Below, piece by piece: positions 55,145 to 64,000 of a stretch of 64,000 bases of DNA. Source of the stretch: an uncultured Methanosarcinales archaeon (GTDB taxonomy: Archaea > Nanobdellota > Nanobdellia > Woesearchaeales > UBA583); contig CAYSDY010000002.1 in assembly GCA_964429995.1 (NCBI GenBank), positions 6,019 to 70,018 of the forward strand, read 5' to 3'. Made by a program: the position numbers and the translations under genes. Position 1 is the stretch's first letter; each line of letters begins with the position of its first letter. Below the pieces are notes generated by a model. It was not told where the DNA came from. It worked only from the letters and a program-made list of their open reading frames with translations, and ran no database searches.

Positions 55145-58100
55145 ATGAGATTTTGTATGTTTGGTTTCTTTTTTTTTGTTTTGTTGTCATCTTTTGTTTT
55201 TTCGTATAGTTATCATAGTACTTCAGTATTTGATTCTGTAATGTTGAAAACAAATTTTGTTAGTGGGAATGCTTTTGTTTCTATAGAAGGATCGATGTTT
55301 TTATCTGTTAATTCTTTAACTATACCTTCCTGTGAAAATTGGGACAGATGTTTTATATTTTCTTTTACTTCTAATTCTAATGCTATATTTTGGTATTCTG
55401 ATATTAGGGAGGATTATGTGGCAAACTTTAGAAAATATAAGTTTCCTAATGAACTAAAAAACGAAAATAGATGTTTACTTACATATCAAAATAACATGAT
55501 AGGTTCTAATTTAGAATCTTTTTCGTTTTATTTACCTAATTCTGTTCCTGCAAGTAATGGCATCACCTACCCACCAGGCAGATACACATTTTCAAACATT
55601 GGAAGTGTTATTCCAAATTGGGAGAGTTATTATCTTGAAAACTACTATTACATGAAAGCAGACTTGAAATTTGAATTGTTAAATGATGCTGTTGTTGTTT
55701 CATCTCAAACAAAACAGATAGTTGCAAAAGATACTCCAATTAGTATTGAGAGTGACTTAACAAATTTTATCAATAGCAAAAAAACAGACATAGAAAACCT
55801 ATTAAAATCAGGAGTTAATCCAGATAAGATAAAAATGAGAATAGTAGGAACTCCTACAGATGCAAAATGTCCAGCAGTTGGGATTTTAGAGCAATTTATT
55901 GACATTAAAACTGAGGTTGACAAGCTTGTTAAAACACAGGATTGTACTATAAGTTATCAAAGTGGAGCAATTATTTCTAATGCAGATGAGGCACTTTACA
56001 GCCCATCAGAAATGGATGTTTTGGTTGTAGGAACCTTATTAAAGCATCATGATAATGGTGAAGAAGAAATTATTAAACATTTTTATCCATCATCAAGCCT
56101 TGTTAATACTTATGAGGATTACAATTACATAATTGCTAAAAAAGTTGCTGTTCCTGTTGATTTAGAAATGCAAATAAGACATGAGTTAGATAGAATGAAG
56201 GATGAAAACATAGATTATGGAACTTTTTCAGCAGTAATATTAGGAGAACCTATTGATGATGAATGTGTAAATGGGAAAACAGGTTTTGAGCATGAAATAA
56301 TTAGCAATTATATAATTCCAAAACCAGAAGAAAAACCAACTTATGGTGATTATGAACCTTATACAAATCCTATAAATAAGCAAAGATATATTGTTGATGG
56401 TGCGTGTGATTCTAAAATTACATTTAATAAAGATCAGCAAAAGATTTATGCAACAAGTGATTATGATTATGTTAAAATTCGTTTTATAGGAGATAATAAT
56501 TATAGAAAAACAACAGAAAAGGTTTACTCAATGTCTATTGATGATGATGAGTTTTTTGGTGAATATATTGATGTTGAAGTATATGATTTTAGAATTAAAA
56601 GATTTTTGTTTTTCAAAATTGGTCGTGAAATTAAAGCTACATACAAATGTAGACTTAAATATGATGGATATTTCCAGTTTGATAAAACAAATGATGTAAA
56701 CAAGGTTGTTTGTAAGGAAGGAGATGAATTAGAATGTAATTATATAGATGAAAATAAAGATGAAGAACCTATTGCTGTTATTGATGATTCTGCAAAGATT
56801 AATGTTTATCAGAATGGTGCTTTTATAAAGCAGGATAGCATAACTTATAAGGATCTTTTGCTTAAAGGACATAAGGTTAGAATGTATCATAGGATTTCTG
56901 ATGCATCATTGTTTGCAAGTGATACAATGTCAATATTAAAGAGCTTAACTCTTGAAAAGCATTTGACAAAATCTGGTGGCGTTACAAATGTTAGGGTTAA
57001 AATAAAAAATATACCCGTATCTTTAAGGAACAAACTTTATGTTTATCAGATAATATCAAAAAAGGATGTTTTATCTTTTAACAGTATAAGATTTATAGAT
57101 AATTCAGATGGAAAAAGGATGGTTCTTGATAAGGATCCTGTAATTGGTTGGTATTTTGAAGATACTGATTCAGATCTTGAGGTTGAATATTCTGTTGATG
57201 GTGATAATGAGGGTGGGGATCTTATAATTACTACTGAGCCTATATTATTTTTTGAAGGTGATCTTGTTGTAAATTACAGAAATGATGATTGTAATCCTGG
57301 TGAGGCACAGGTTTTTGAAATTGATTCTTTGGAAAATTCAAACGTATATCTGCCTTTTAGCGGTAGAAATTATAAAATATGTATTGCACATGTTACAGAT
57401 GATCTTATTGCAAATGCAAATGAGCCATTTATAAATATATTTAATTATGCAAATGCTGGCAAGGTTTTTTCTTCTTATTCGCAAAAAGCTGTAGTTTCTG
57501 CAATAAATTCAACTCCTTTATACTGGAGAGTTAAAATTGCAAAGGAAAATCCATTAGGAACTTATACATGCCTTGGTTCTTTGCTTAATTCCCAAGAAAC
57601 TCCTTCTACTTTTGGAGATTGTGCATTTAGCGATAACAGGATATGGATAAGTCTTGTTTATGATGTATTTCCACCTGTAAGTTCTATTAAAATACCATAT
57701 ATTGCACATACTATAAAATTTAAGATAGAATCTTCTGATTTACATTCTGGAGTGCATTCTCAATATGTATGTGTACTTGATGATGATAATAATTGTGATT
57801 TTAGGCAATATTATGGTGAGGATGTTTTACTTACTTGTCCTGATGAATGGGAATGTAATAAAATAGTACGTTTTTTTGCAATTGATAATGAAGGTAACAT
57901 AGAGGATGTAAAAGAGGAAAATATTACACTTATACAGGAAGGTTCTGCATGTCAGGCTGATTGTACTGCCAAACCTTTTCCTAATAGGTATATAAGTACA
58001 TGTAGAAATATGAATGGATGTAAATATGCAAGTTTAAATGGTGATGATGGAGCAAAGATTGCAGATTCATGTCATTATTCTGTTCTTGATACATGGGTTT

Positions 58101-58276
58101 TATATAATCAGACTCATGAAGTTAAATGTCCTAATGGTCCTTACAGATTGAAAAAACATACTGACATAATGCTTGATTTGCATGATAGCATATGTAAAAA
58201 TTTAAGAAGGATATCTGTGCCTGTGATAATAAATGGTGTGCCTACAGACATGTTATTTGTTTATTGTAAGGATTAA
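55145..58276 (+). CDS. giant secreted protein B2 (1043 aa)
   Basis: Signal MRFCMFGFFFFVLLSSFVFSYS. The central ~300 aa are identical to B1, and the C-terminal ~600 aa are unique and Cys-containing. Confidence 0.6.
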   Translation: MRFCMFGFFFFVLLSSFVFSYSYHSTSVFDSVMLKTNFVSGNAFVSIEGSMFLSVNSLTIPSCENWDRCFIFSFTSNSNAIFWYSDIREDYVANFRKYKFPNELKNENRCLLTYQNNMIGSNLESFSFYLPNSVPASNGITYPPGRYTFSNIGSVIPNWESYYLENYYYMKADLKFELLNDAVVVSSQTKQIVAKDTPISIESDLTNFINSKKTDIENLLKSGVNPDKIKMRIVGTPTDAKCPAVGILEQFIDIKTEVDKLVKTQDCTISYQSGAIISNADEALYSPSEMDVLVVGTLLKHHDNGEEEIIKHFYPSSSLVNTYEDYNYIIAKKVAVPVDLEMQIRHELDRMKDENIDYGTFSAVILGEPIDDECVNGKTGFEHEIISNYIIPKPEEKPTYGDYEPYTNPINKQRYIVDGACDSKITFNKDQQKIYATSDYDYVKIRFIGDNNYRKTTEKVYSMSIDDDEFFGEYIDVEVYDFRIKRFLFFKIGREIKATYKCRLKYDGYFQFDKTNDVNKVVCKEGDELECNYIDENKDEEPIAVIDDSAKINVYQNGAFIKQDSITYKDLLLKGHKVRMYHRISDASLFASDTMSILKSLTLEKHLTKSGGVTNVRVKIKNIPVSLRNKLYVYQIISKKDVLSFNSIRFIDNSDGKRMVLDKDPVIGWYFEDTDSDLEVEYSVDGDNEGGDLIITTEPILFFEGDLVVNYRNDDCNPGEAQVFEIDSLENSNVYLPFSGRNYKICIAHVTDDLIANANEPFINIFNYANAGKVFSSYSQKAVVSAINSTPLYWRVKIAKENPLGTYTCLGSLLNSQETPSTFGDCAFSDNRIWISLVYDVFPPVSSIKIPYIAHTIKFKIESSDLHSGVHSQYVCVLDDDNNCDFRQYYGEDVLLTCPDEWECNKIVRFFAIDNEGNIEDVKEENITLIQEGSACQADCTAKPFPNRYISTCRNMNGCKYASLNGDDGAKIADSCHYSVLDTWVLYNQTHEVKCPNGPYRLKKHTDIMLDLHDSICKNLRRISVPVIINGVPTDMLFVYCKD

Positions 58277-58314
58277 TCTTAATATAATTTATAAAAATAT
58301 GTGATGAGTTTTTT

Positions 58315-58755
58315 TTAAAAATTTCTTTTTATGTTGTTAAGATTTAGTTTTTGTTTTGTTTCTTCTGATACTTCACATAGTAACATGTTATATATCATAT
58401 CCATTTTAGCATTCAATGATATCATATTTGTCTGTATTATTTCAATTTTGTTTTCTATCAATTCAATTTTACCTTTTATTAGTTCTGAACTTAAATCTTG
58501 TTTTTGTGGTTGCTCAAAGGGATTTTTTGACATGTTTGGTTGTTGTTCTAAATTGTTTTGCATTGAAAATGGATTGCTAAAACTTGGATTTGTTTGAATA
58601 TTTTCATTGTTGTTTGAAACAGATTGCATGATTGGTTTGTTTTCATTTGTATTTGTGAAGAATGATTTATTACTATCTTCCATTTCGTTTAATGATGGAA
58701 GCTTTATATTGTCAAGATTAAAACCTTTATCTTCTTTTTTAAATGGATTGTACAT
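58315..58755 (-). CDS. Q/N/S-rich low-complexity protein (146 aa), hypothetical
   Basis: ORF only. The C-terminus has a coiled-coil-like segment. Confidence 0.35.
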   Translation of the reverse strand: MYNPFKKEDKGFNLDNIKLPSLNEMEDSNKSFFTNTNENKPIMQSVSNNNENIQTNPSFSNPFSMQNNLEQQPNMSKNPFEQPQKQDLSSELIKGKIELIENKIEIIQTNMISLNAKMDMIYNMLLCEVSEETKQKLNLNNIKRNF

Positions 58756-58814
58756 AGAACTCTTTCTTTAAAATTTTATTAATTAATTTATATTAACTAT
58801 TAAATAATAAAAAA

Positions 58815-59147
58815 TTAGGCCTGATTTTTAAGTGAACAATCAACAGAAATGTCAAAACTTATTTTTCCATTTTCTATTGTAAGGTTTTCAATCCAAAGGT
58901 CGTTTAAAATATATGCATTGTTTATTTTTATGTTTTTTCTTACTATTGATTCTATATTGTTTTCTATTTCTTCTTTTGTATAGTAGGCATTGTTATATGC
59001 AATTTTTTTACATTTGTTGCAATATTTAAAATTTATGGGCTTTAATTCGTCTATTGGAGGAGTGTCTAATTTAAAACATTGCTCACATTTTCCATTGTAA
59101 ACATCTTGGGTTTTTTTTCCACACACATAACAGGTTTTCTTAAACAT
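58815..59147 (-). CDS. zinc-ribbon protein (110 aa) with four CxxC pairs
   Basis: CYVCGKK...GKCEQCF...KYCNKCKK. Confidence 0.5.
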   Translation of the reverse strand: MFKKTCYVCGKKTQDVYNGKCEQCFKLDTPPIDELKPINFKYCNKCKKIAYNNAYYTKEEIENNIESIVRKNIKINNAYILNDLWIENLTIENGKISFDISVDCSLKNQA

Positions 59148-59285
59148 AGATAATATTTATATTTATTATATTATAAATATAACTGTAGTTGGGCAATTAT
59201 TATTTTGTCATGAGATTCTAATTAATATAACTACCATAAAGAAGTATTATAACTTTAAAATAATAAGATATTATAATTTATATAT

Positions 59286-61463
59286 ATGGACGATGAAAAA
59301 GAGTTGTTTCTTAGAAGCTTTGAAGAGAAACTTAAAAAACATCTTGATAGTAAGGCTTTAAACTCTTTGTCCAATGCTGATAATTTTGATGATGACTTGT
59401 CTTCTGTTGAATATGAAAAATTTAGGATTGAAAAGATTTCTATTGCAGCTAACTGGTATGAAAAAGCCTGTAATATGGCTCAAAAACTCATGCCTATAAA
59501 ACCTGACAAGAAAACATCAGAAAAATTTGAAAAGCAAATATATGATGCACATCTTAATTGTACTCCAATAGGTGTTCAAAGTTTAGCAATGCTTGTTCTT
59601 ATGATTGCAATAATATCAGGTTTAATATTTCTTATGATTGTAAGTTTTACAATAGGGATTGGATTTGTGCTTGTTGCTCTTTCTGCTTATCTTATATTGC
59701 TTAAGGTTCCTGATCTTATGGCAAAAAAGACTAAAACAAAGGCCAATAATCAGATTATAATATCTGTTTTTTATATGGTTGCTTTTATGAGATTTAATTC
59801 TAATTTTGAATTGGCTGTTAATTTTGCAGCTAATTACCTTAATCCTCCACTGTCTTTGGACTTTAAAAGAATTCTTTGGCGATTGCAGAATTCTGAGTTT
59901 CCGAATATAAAAACGGCAATGGATGATTATCTTATAGGTTGGAGGGATGATAATTTAGAATTTTTAGAGTCTGTCTATCTTATTGAGAGTTCTTTGTATG
60001 AAACAGAAAATTTTAGAAGGATATCGCTTCTTGATAAGGCACTTGATATAATACTTCAGGGAAATTATGAAAAAATGCTTAATTTTGCACAGGAATTAAG
60101 TGGAAAGGTTACAACTTTTAACATGATTGGAGTTGTGCTTCCAATTTTAGGACTTATAATACTTCCTTTGGCAGCTTCTTTTGGTGATCCTTTAGGGGTT
60201 TGGCAGATAGTTTTACTTTTATATAACATAATAATTCCTTTTGGTGTTATGTATTTTGGTTTTATACTTACTTTTAACAGACCTTCTATGGCAAATGCCA
60301 TAAGACCACCTGAAAATGTTAAGGATTATAGTAAAATGCAGATGTATCCTTTAAAAATCAGCAAAGAGAAAACAATTTACATATCTCCTAAAATTCCAGC
60401 GTTTTTAACTTTTTTCATATTTGCATTTATAGGATTTTCCCCTTTAATATTACATGCTGTAGGATATGACTTATTTTTAAATGAACAACTTTTGCTTATA
60501 TTTGGTGAGGATTCTGCTTTTGGAGTATTTCAGGAATACAAGGTTCTTAACAAGGGACTTATGAATGAGTATGTTTTTGGACCTTATGGTGTTTATTCAG
60601 GACTTTTGAGCCTTTTTATCCCTTTATCCCTTGCTTTTGGAGTTGGAATATATTTAAAACATAAATATGGCAAACTTGTAGAATTAAGAAATGCAACCAA
60701 AAAGCTTGAATTGCAGTTTCCATCTTCAATGTTTCAGTTAGGAAACAGAATAAGTGAAGGAATTTCTATTGAATTATCGTTTGGAGCTGTTGCACAAACG
60801 ATGAAAGGAACTGAGGCTGGAAATTTTTTTTCAGATATCGATTCTAATGTTAAGTTTGAGGGAATGAGTGTTGAAAAAGCTATATTTGACAAGAAGAAGG
60901 GTGCAATAAACAAATATTCTTCAGATCTTGTAATAAGTTCAATGAAAATATTAATACGTTCTATGGAAAAAGGTCCTGAGATTGCAGCTAAAACATTGAT
61001 AGATCTTTCAAGATATCTTACAGAAATACATCTTGCAAATCAAAGAATGAAAGATCTTTTATCTGAAAGTCTTGGTAGCATGAAAAGTCAGGCAAGATTT
61101 TTAGGTCCTGTAATATCAGGAGTTGTAATATCAATAGTTAGTCTTATTACAATGATTATGGGAGAACTCTCAAAGGCTACTTCTGAACTTGTAATAGAAT
61201 CATCTCCTGCAGGATTTTCCAATTTTTTAGGTGAGAGTATTCCAACTTTTTTGTTTCAGGGTGTTGTTGGTGTGTATATAGTTATGCTTGTTGCAATTCT
61301 TGTTTATGTTGTTTCAAATCTTGAGTTTGGAGATGATGTTATATACATGAAACATGAGATAGGTCAAAGGCTTATGAGTGGTCTTATAACTTATGCTATC
61401 GTTGTCTTTATTGGGATTATAGCTTTTGCATTTATAGGTTCAAAAGTTTTGGCAAGCATGTAA
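59286..61463 (+). CDS. two-domain FlaJ/TadC-like (T2SSF x2) platform membrane protein (725 aa)
   Basis: Two repeats of a cytoplasmic helical T2SSF-like domain flanked by TM helices. The second is especially clear: LQFPSSMFQLGNRISEGISIELSFGAVAQTMKGTE...MSVEKAIFDKKKGAINKYSSDLVISSMKILIRSMEKGPEIAAKTLIDLSRYLTEIHLANQRMKDLLSESLGSMKSQARFLGPV. Confidence 0.55.
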   Translation: MDDEKELFLRSFEEKLKKHLDSKALNSLSNADNFDDDLSSVEYEKFRIEKISIAANWYEKACNMAQKLMPIKPDKKTSEKFEKQIYDAHLNCTPIGVQSLAMLVLMIAIISGLIFLMIVSFTIGIGFVLVALSAYLILLKVPDLMAKKTKTKANNQIIISVFYMVAFMRFNSNFELAVNFAANYLNPPLSLDFKRILWRLQNSEFPNIKTAMDDYLIGWRDDNLEFLESVYLIESSLYETENFRRISLLDKALDIILQGNYEKMLNFAQELSGKVTTFNMIGVVLPILGLIILPLAASFGDPLGVWQIVLLLYNIIIPFGVMYFGFILTFNRPSMANAIRPPENVKDYSKMQMYPLKISKEKTIYISPKIPAFLTFFIFAFIGFSPLILHAVGYDLFLNEQLLLIFGEDSAFGVFQEYKVLNKGLMNEYVFGPYGVYSGLLSLFIPLSLAFGVGIYLKHKYGKLVELRNATKKLELQFPSSMFQLGNRISEGISIELSFGAVAQTMKGTEAGNFFSDIDSNVKFEGMSVEKAIFDKKKGAINKYSSDLVISSMKILIRSMEKGPEIAAKTLIDLSRYLTEIHLANQRMKDLLSESLGSMKSQARFLGPVISGVVISIVSLITMIMGELSKATSELVIESSPAGFSNFLGESIPTFLFQGVVGVYIVMLVAILVYVVSNLEFGDDVIYMKHEIGQRLMSGLITYAIVVFIGIIAFAFIGSKVLASM

Positions 61464-61574
61464 AGCTTGTTTTAAATGATGTTTTGTTACTATCGAAATG
61501 TTTATAAAACTAATTGAGTTCTTAATTATTAAATAATATTGTGTGTACTGCATAATATTTTAATTAATAAAAAA

Positions 61575-62849
61575 ATGGCAAGTAAAAAGGAACATTTTAA
61601 TGTAGTGTTTATAGGACATGTAGATCATGGTAAATCAACAACAGTTGGTAGATTACTATTTGATGCAGGTGCTGTTGATGAACAGACAATGAGAAAGAAC
61701 AAGGAAAAGGCTGCTGAACTTGGAAAAGCAGGTTTTGAATTTGCTTATGTTATGGATAACTTAAAAGAAGAGCAGGAAAGAGGAGTTACAATAGATTTAA
61801 ACCATAAAAAATTTGAAACAGAAAAATACGAATATACAATAATTGATGCTCCAGGTCATGCAGATTACATTAAAAACATGATTACAGGTGTATCACAGGC
61901 TGATGCTGGTGTTTTGGTTGTTGCTGCAACTGATGGTGTTAATGCACAGACAAAAGAACATGCATACCTTTCAAAAACATTTGGAATTGATCAGCTTATT
62001 GTTGCTGTAAACAAAATGGATATGGTAAAATATACAGAAGCAAGATTCAATGAAGTTAAGGCTGAAATGGAAGGCTTGTTAAAACCATTAGGATTTAAAG
62101 CAATAAGATTTGTTCCAATTGCATCTCTTATGGGAGATAATGTTGTAAAGAAAAGTACAAATATGGATTGGTGGACAGGAGAAACTTTATTGTCAATGCT
62201 TGATGGCTTTGAAACAGGAGATAAACCAGTAAACTTACCATTAAGAATGCCAATTCAGGATGTTTATTCAATTAAAGGTGTAGGTCTTGTTCCTGTTGGA
62301 AGAGTTGAAACAGGAGTATTAAAGGCAAACAGTAAAATTATTGCTGTACCAGCAAAGAATGGAACAGGAATGGTTGGTGAATGTAAAGAAGTTGAAATGC
62401 ACCATGAAAAAATACCAGAAGCATTACCAGGTTACAATGTTGGATTTAATGCTAAAGGTTTTGTTAAAGGAGATCTTGCAAAAGGAGATGTAATAGGTTC
62501 TGTTACAAATCCACCAACACTTGTAAGTGAATTTACTGGTCAGATTTTGGTTTTAAACCATCCAAGTGTCATAACAGTAGGTTACTCACCAGTGTTCCAT
62601 ATTCACACAGCACAGGTTTCATGTAGAGTTACAGAAATTGTAAGAAAGTTAAATGGTGACAAAGCTGAACATCCAGATTTTATAAGAAATGGAGATGCTG
62701 CTATTGTTAAATTTACACCATTAAAGGCTGTTGTAATTGAAAAGAAGGATGAAATACCTCAAATGGCAAGATTTGCTATAAGGGATTCTGGAAAAACAGT
62801 TGCTGCAGGTCAGTGTATGGATGTTGTAAAGAAAGAATTAAAACTATAA
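61575..62849 (+). CDS. tuf: translation elongation factor aEF-1α
   Basis: [47 protein letters not shown] and NKMD. The start is set at MASKKEH, since the six-frame ORF begins 36 nt earlier. Confidence 0.9.
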   Translation: MASKKEHFNVVFIGHVDHGKSTTVGRLLFDAGAVDEQTMRKNKEKAAELGKAGFEFAYVMDNLKEEQERGVTIDLNHKKFETEKYEYTIIDAPGHADYIKNMITGVSQADAGVLVVAATDGVNAQTKEHAYLSKTFGIDQLIVAVNKMDMVKYTEARFNEVKAEMEGLLKPLGFKAIRFVPIASLMGDNVVKKSTNMDWWTGETLLSMLDGFETGDKPVNLPLRMPIQDVYSIKGVGLVPVGRVETGVLKANSKIIAVPAKNGTGMVGECKEVEMHHEKIPEALPGYNVGFNAKGFVKGDLAKGDVIGSVTNPPTLVSEFTGQILVLNHPSVITVGYSPVFHIHTAQVSCRVTEIVRKLNGDKAEHPDFIRNGDAAIVKFTPLKAVVIEKKDEIPQMARFAIRDSGKTVAAGQCMDVVKKELKL

Positions 62850-62866
62850 TTCTTCCTATGTAAAAA

Positions 62867-63175
62867 ATGAGTAAGGCAAGAATTAAGTTGATTGGGGATG
62901 ACATTGCAGGGATTAACGCTTTTATTGATGAAATAAAAGATGTTGTGGACAAACTTGGTGTTTCTATGAGAGGTCCTATCCCAATGCCAACCAAAAAATT
63001 AAAGATCACAACAAGAAAATCGCCTGATGGTGAAGGAAAGGCATCTTTTGAAAGATATCAGATGAGAATCCATAAAAGGTTGATAGATGTTGAGATCAAT
63101 GAAAGAGTTTTAAAGAGAATTATAAAGATCAAGATTCCTCAGGGTGTCAAGATAGAGATAAAATTGGTTGAATAA
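62867..63175 (+). CDS. rps10: 30S ribosomal protein S10
   Basis: ARIKLIGDDIAGINAFIDEIKDVVDKLGVSMRGPIPMPTKKLKITTRKSPDGEGKASFERYQMRIHKRLIDV. The canonical tuf-rps10 linkage is present. Confidence 0.85.
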   Translation: MSKARIKLIGDDIAGINAFIDEIKDVVDKLGVSMRGPIPMPTKKLKITTRKSPDGEGKASFERYQMRIHKRLIDVEINERVLKRIIKIKIPQGVKIEIKLVE

Positions 63176-63255
63176 AAAAAACTTACCAATACTTCTAAAT
63201 TATATTTGTTTTAATGTTACATATTGTTTGTTATTATTAATGAATTTTACAAAAA

Positions 63256-63263
63256 TTTATAAT
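63256..63263 (+). promoter_or_regulatory. BRE/TATA-like aaaaaTTTATAAT, 29 nt upstream of the ATG of pilin-FGE paralog 3
   Basis: It matches the motif and spacing seen at 6095 and 9565. Confidence 0.45.
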
Positions 63264-63284
63264 AATGATTTTTAATTATTTGTT

Positions 63285-64000
63285 ATGATAACAATTTATT
63301 ATTCTAAAAAGTGCATATCACCAGTTGTAGCTGTTGCTTTATTATTAGTTGTAGCAGTTATAGCAGTTGTAGGTTTTCAAAACTGGTTTGATACGTATTC
63401 AACAAATATTTTAAGTGATGTTGAGAGTTCATCAGCAAATGATGTTAGAACCAGTAGAATAGAAACAATTGTTGGAAACAGTTTGTACATAAAAAATGAT
63501 TATGATAATTTAACAATTAAAGATATAAAAGTCAATGGTTACAGTTGTTTTGATAGTGAAACAAATTATTCTAAAGGAATATTAGAAATCAATATTACGG
63601 ATTGTATAGTAAATTTGAATGTTAGTAATCCTGATGTTGTAGTTGTAACAGATAAAGGCTTGATTGAGAAGATGGTTTATGTTAAAAATGTTAATGTTAC
63701 ACAAACAGGTGCACCAACAACAGTGGGATTAAGTTGTTCTTTAAATGGTACTACTATTGCACATGATTCATCTTATACATTTTACGAATATGATAAACCA
63801 TATAATAATCTAGCAGGATGCTTAGCGATTTCACAATTAAGAACATGTAATAATGGAACGTTGAATGGGTCAGATAACTATAGTTATGCAATATGTAATG
63901 ATAGCTTAGCACCAAGCGAAGGTGGAGAATGGGTACTTGTGTTTGCTAATTTAGATTTAGGTGTTAACAATGATTTTTATGTAATGAAATATGAAGCAAA
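63285..64000 (+). CDS. pilin-FGE fusion protein, paralog 3 (3'-truncated by the window edge)
   Basis: MITIYYSKKC|ISPVVAVALLLVVAVIAVVGFQNWF. The first ~130 aa are near-identical to paralog 1, including a ~125-nt stretch of 100% nucleotide identity. The sequence runs into the FYVMKYEAK block at the window end. Confidence 0.7.
   Translation, partial: MITIYYSKKCISPVVAVALLLVVAVIAVVGFQNWFDTYSTNILSDVESSSANDVRTSRIETIVGNSLYIKNDYDNLTIKDIKVNGYSCFDSETNYSKGILEINITDCIVNLNVSNPDVVVVTDKGLIEKMVYVKNVNVTQTGAPTTVGLSCSLNGTTIAHDSSYTFYEYDKPYNNLAGCLAISQLRTCNNGTLNGSDNYSYAICNDSLAPSEGGEWVLVFANLDLGVNNDFYVMKYEA

Noticed and set aside
1-64000. rRNA genes, CRISPR arrays and cas genes.
   Set aside because: No long GC-rich conserved rRNA-like stretches are present. 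No regularly spaced identical repeats of 24 bp or more were seen anywhere in the window.

Overview
This is an AT-rich archaeal segment. The ribosomal proteins L32e, L19e and S17e, aIF-1A and aEF-1α identify it as archaeal, and the overall look is that of a DPANN-like small genome. Protein identifications below come from my reading of the six-frame translations; I ran no searches.

The window opens inside an archaeal ribosomal-protein cluster, L6-L32e-L19e-L18-S5-L30. The cluster breaks off into a large surface-protein gene instead of continuing to L15 and SecY. Further housekeeping genes are GrpE, enolase, S17e, SufB and SufD, a Dim2-like KH protein, a Tma20-like PUA protein, aIF-1A, a NUDIX hydrolase, a low-molecular-weight protein tyrosine phosphatase, an AI-2E family transporter, EF-1α, S10, and two tRNAs (Arg-CCU and Leu-CAA).

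The accessory content is dominated by cell-surface machinery:
- A complete Tad-like archaeal type IV pilus locus at 14983-21472. It holds a major pilin, five minor-pilin-like small proteins, a FlaI/TadA ATPase with a long Q/P-rich N-terminal extension, and two T2SSF platform proteins.
- A second, two-domain FlaJ-like platform gene at 59286-61463.
- A three-member gene family (6124, 9594 and 63285) in which an archaeal pilin class III signal peptide and pilin-like β-domain are fused to a C-terminal FGE-sulfatase/DUF323-like domain. All three carry a conserved BRE/TATA element exactly 29 nt upstream of the ATG.
- Several giant secreted proteins, some of them with pilin-type N-termini.
- A roughly 2 kb tandem segmental duplication at 52.4-56.4 kb with a mosaic identity pattern that suggests gene conversion.

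A compositionally distinct, GC-richer island lies at about 43987-48378. It has bacterial-style Shine-Dalgarno sequences and sits 3 kb downstream of tRNA-Leu. It carries a XerC/D-type tyrosine integrase inactivated by an in-frame TAA and a frameshift, iteron-like GTTGCA repeats, a three-gene cassette ending in a protein with a polymerase-β-type nucleotidyltransferase motif, degraded ORFs and an ORF-free GC-rich segment. An 11-bp direct repeat with inverted flanks sits at both edges. This is my best candidate for an undescribed integrated element or defence-like module.

No CRISPR array and no rRNA were seen.
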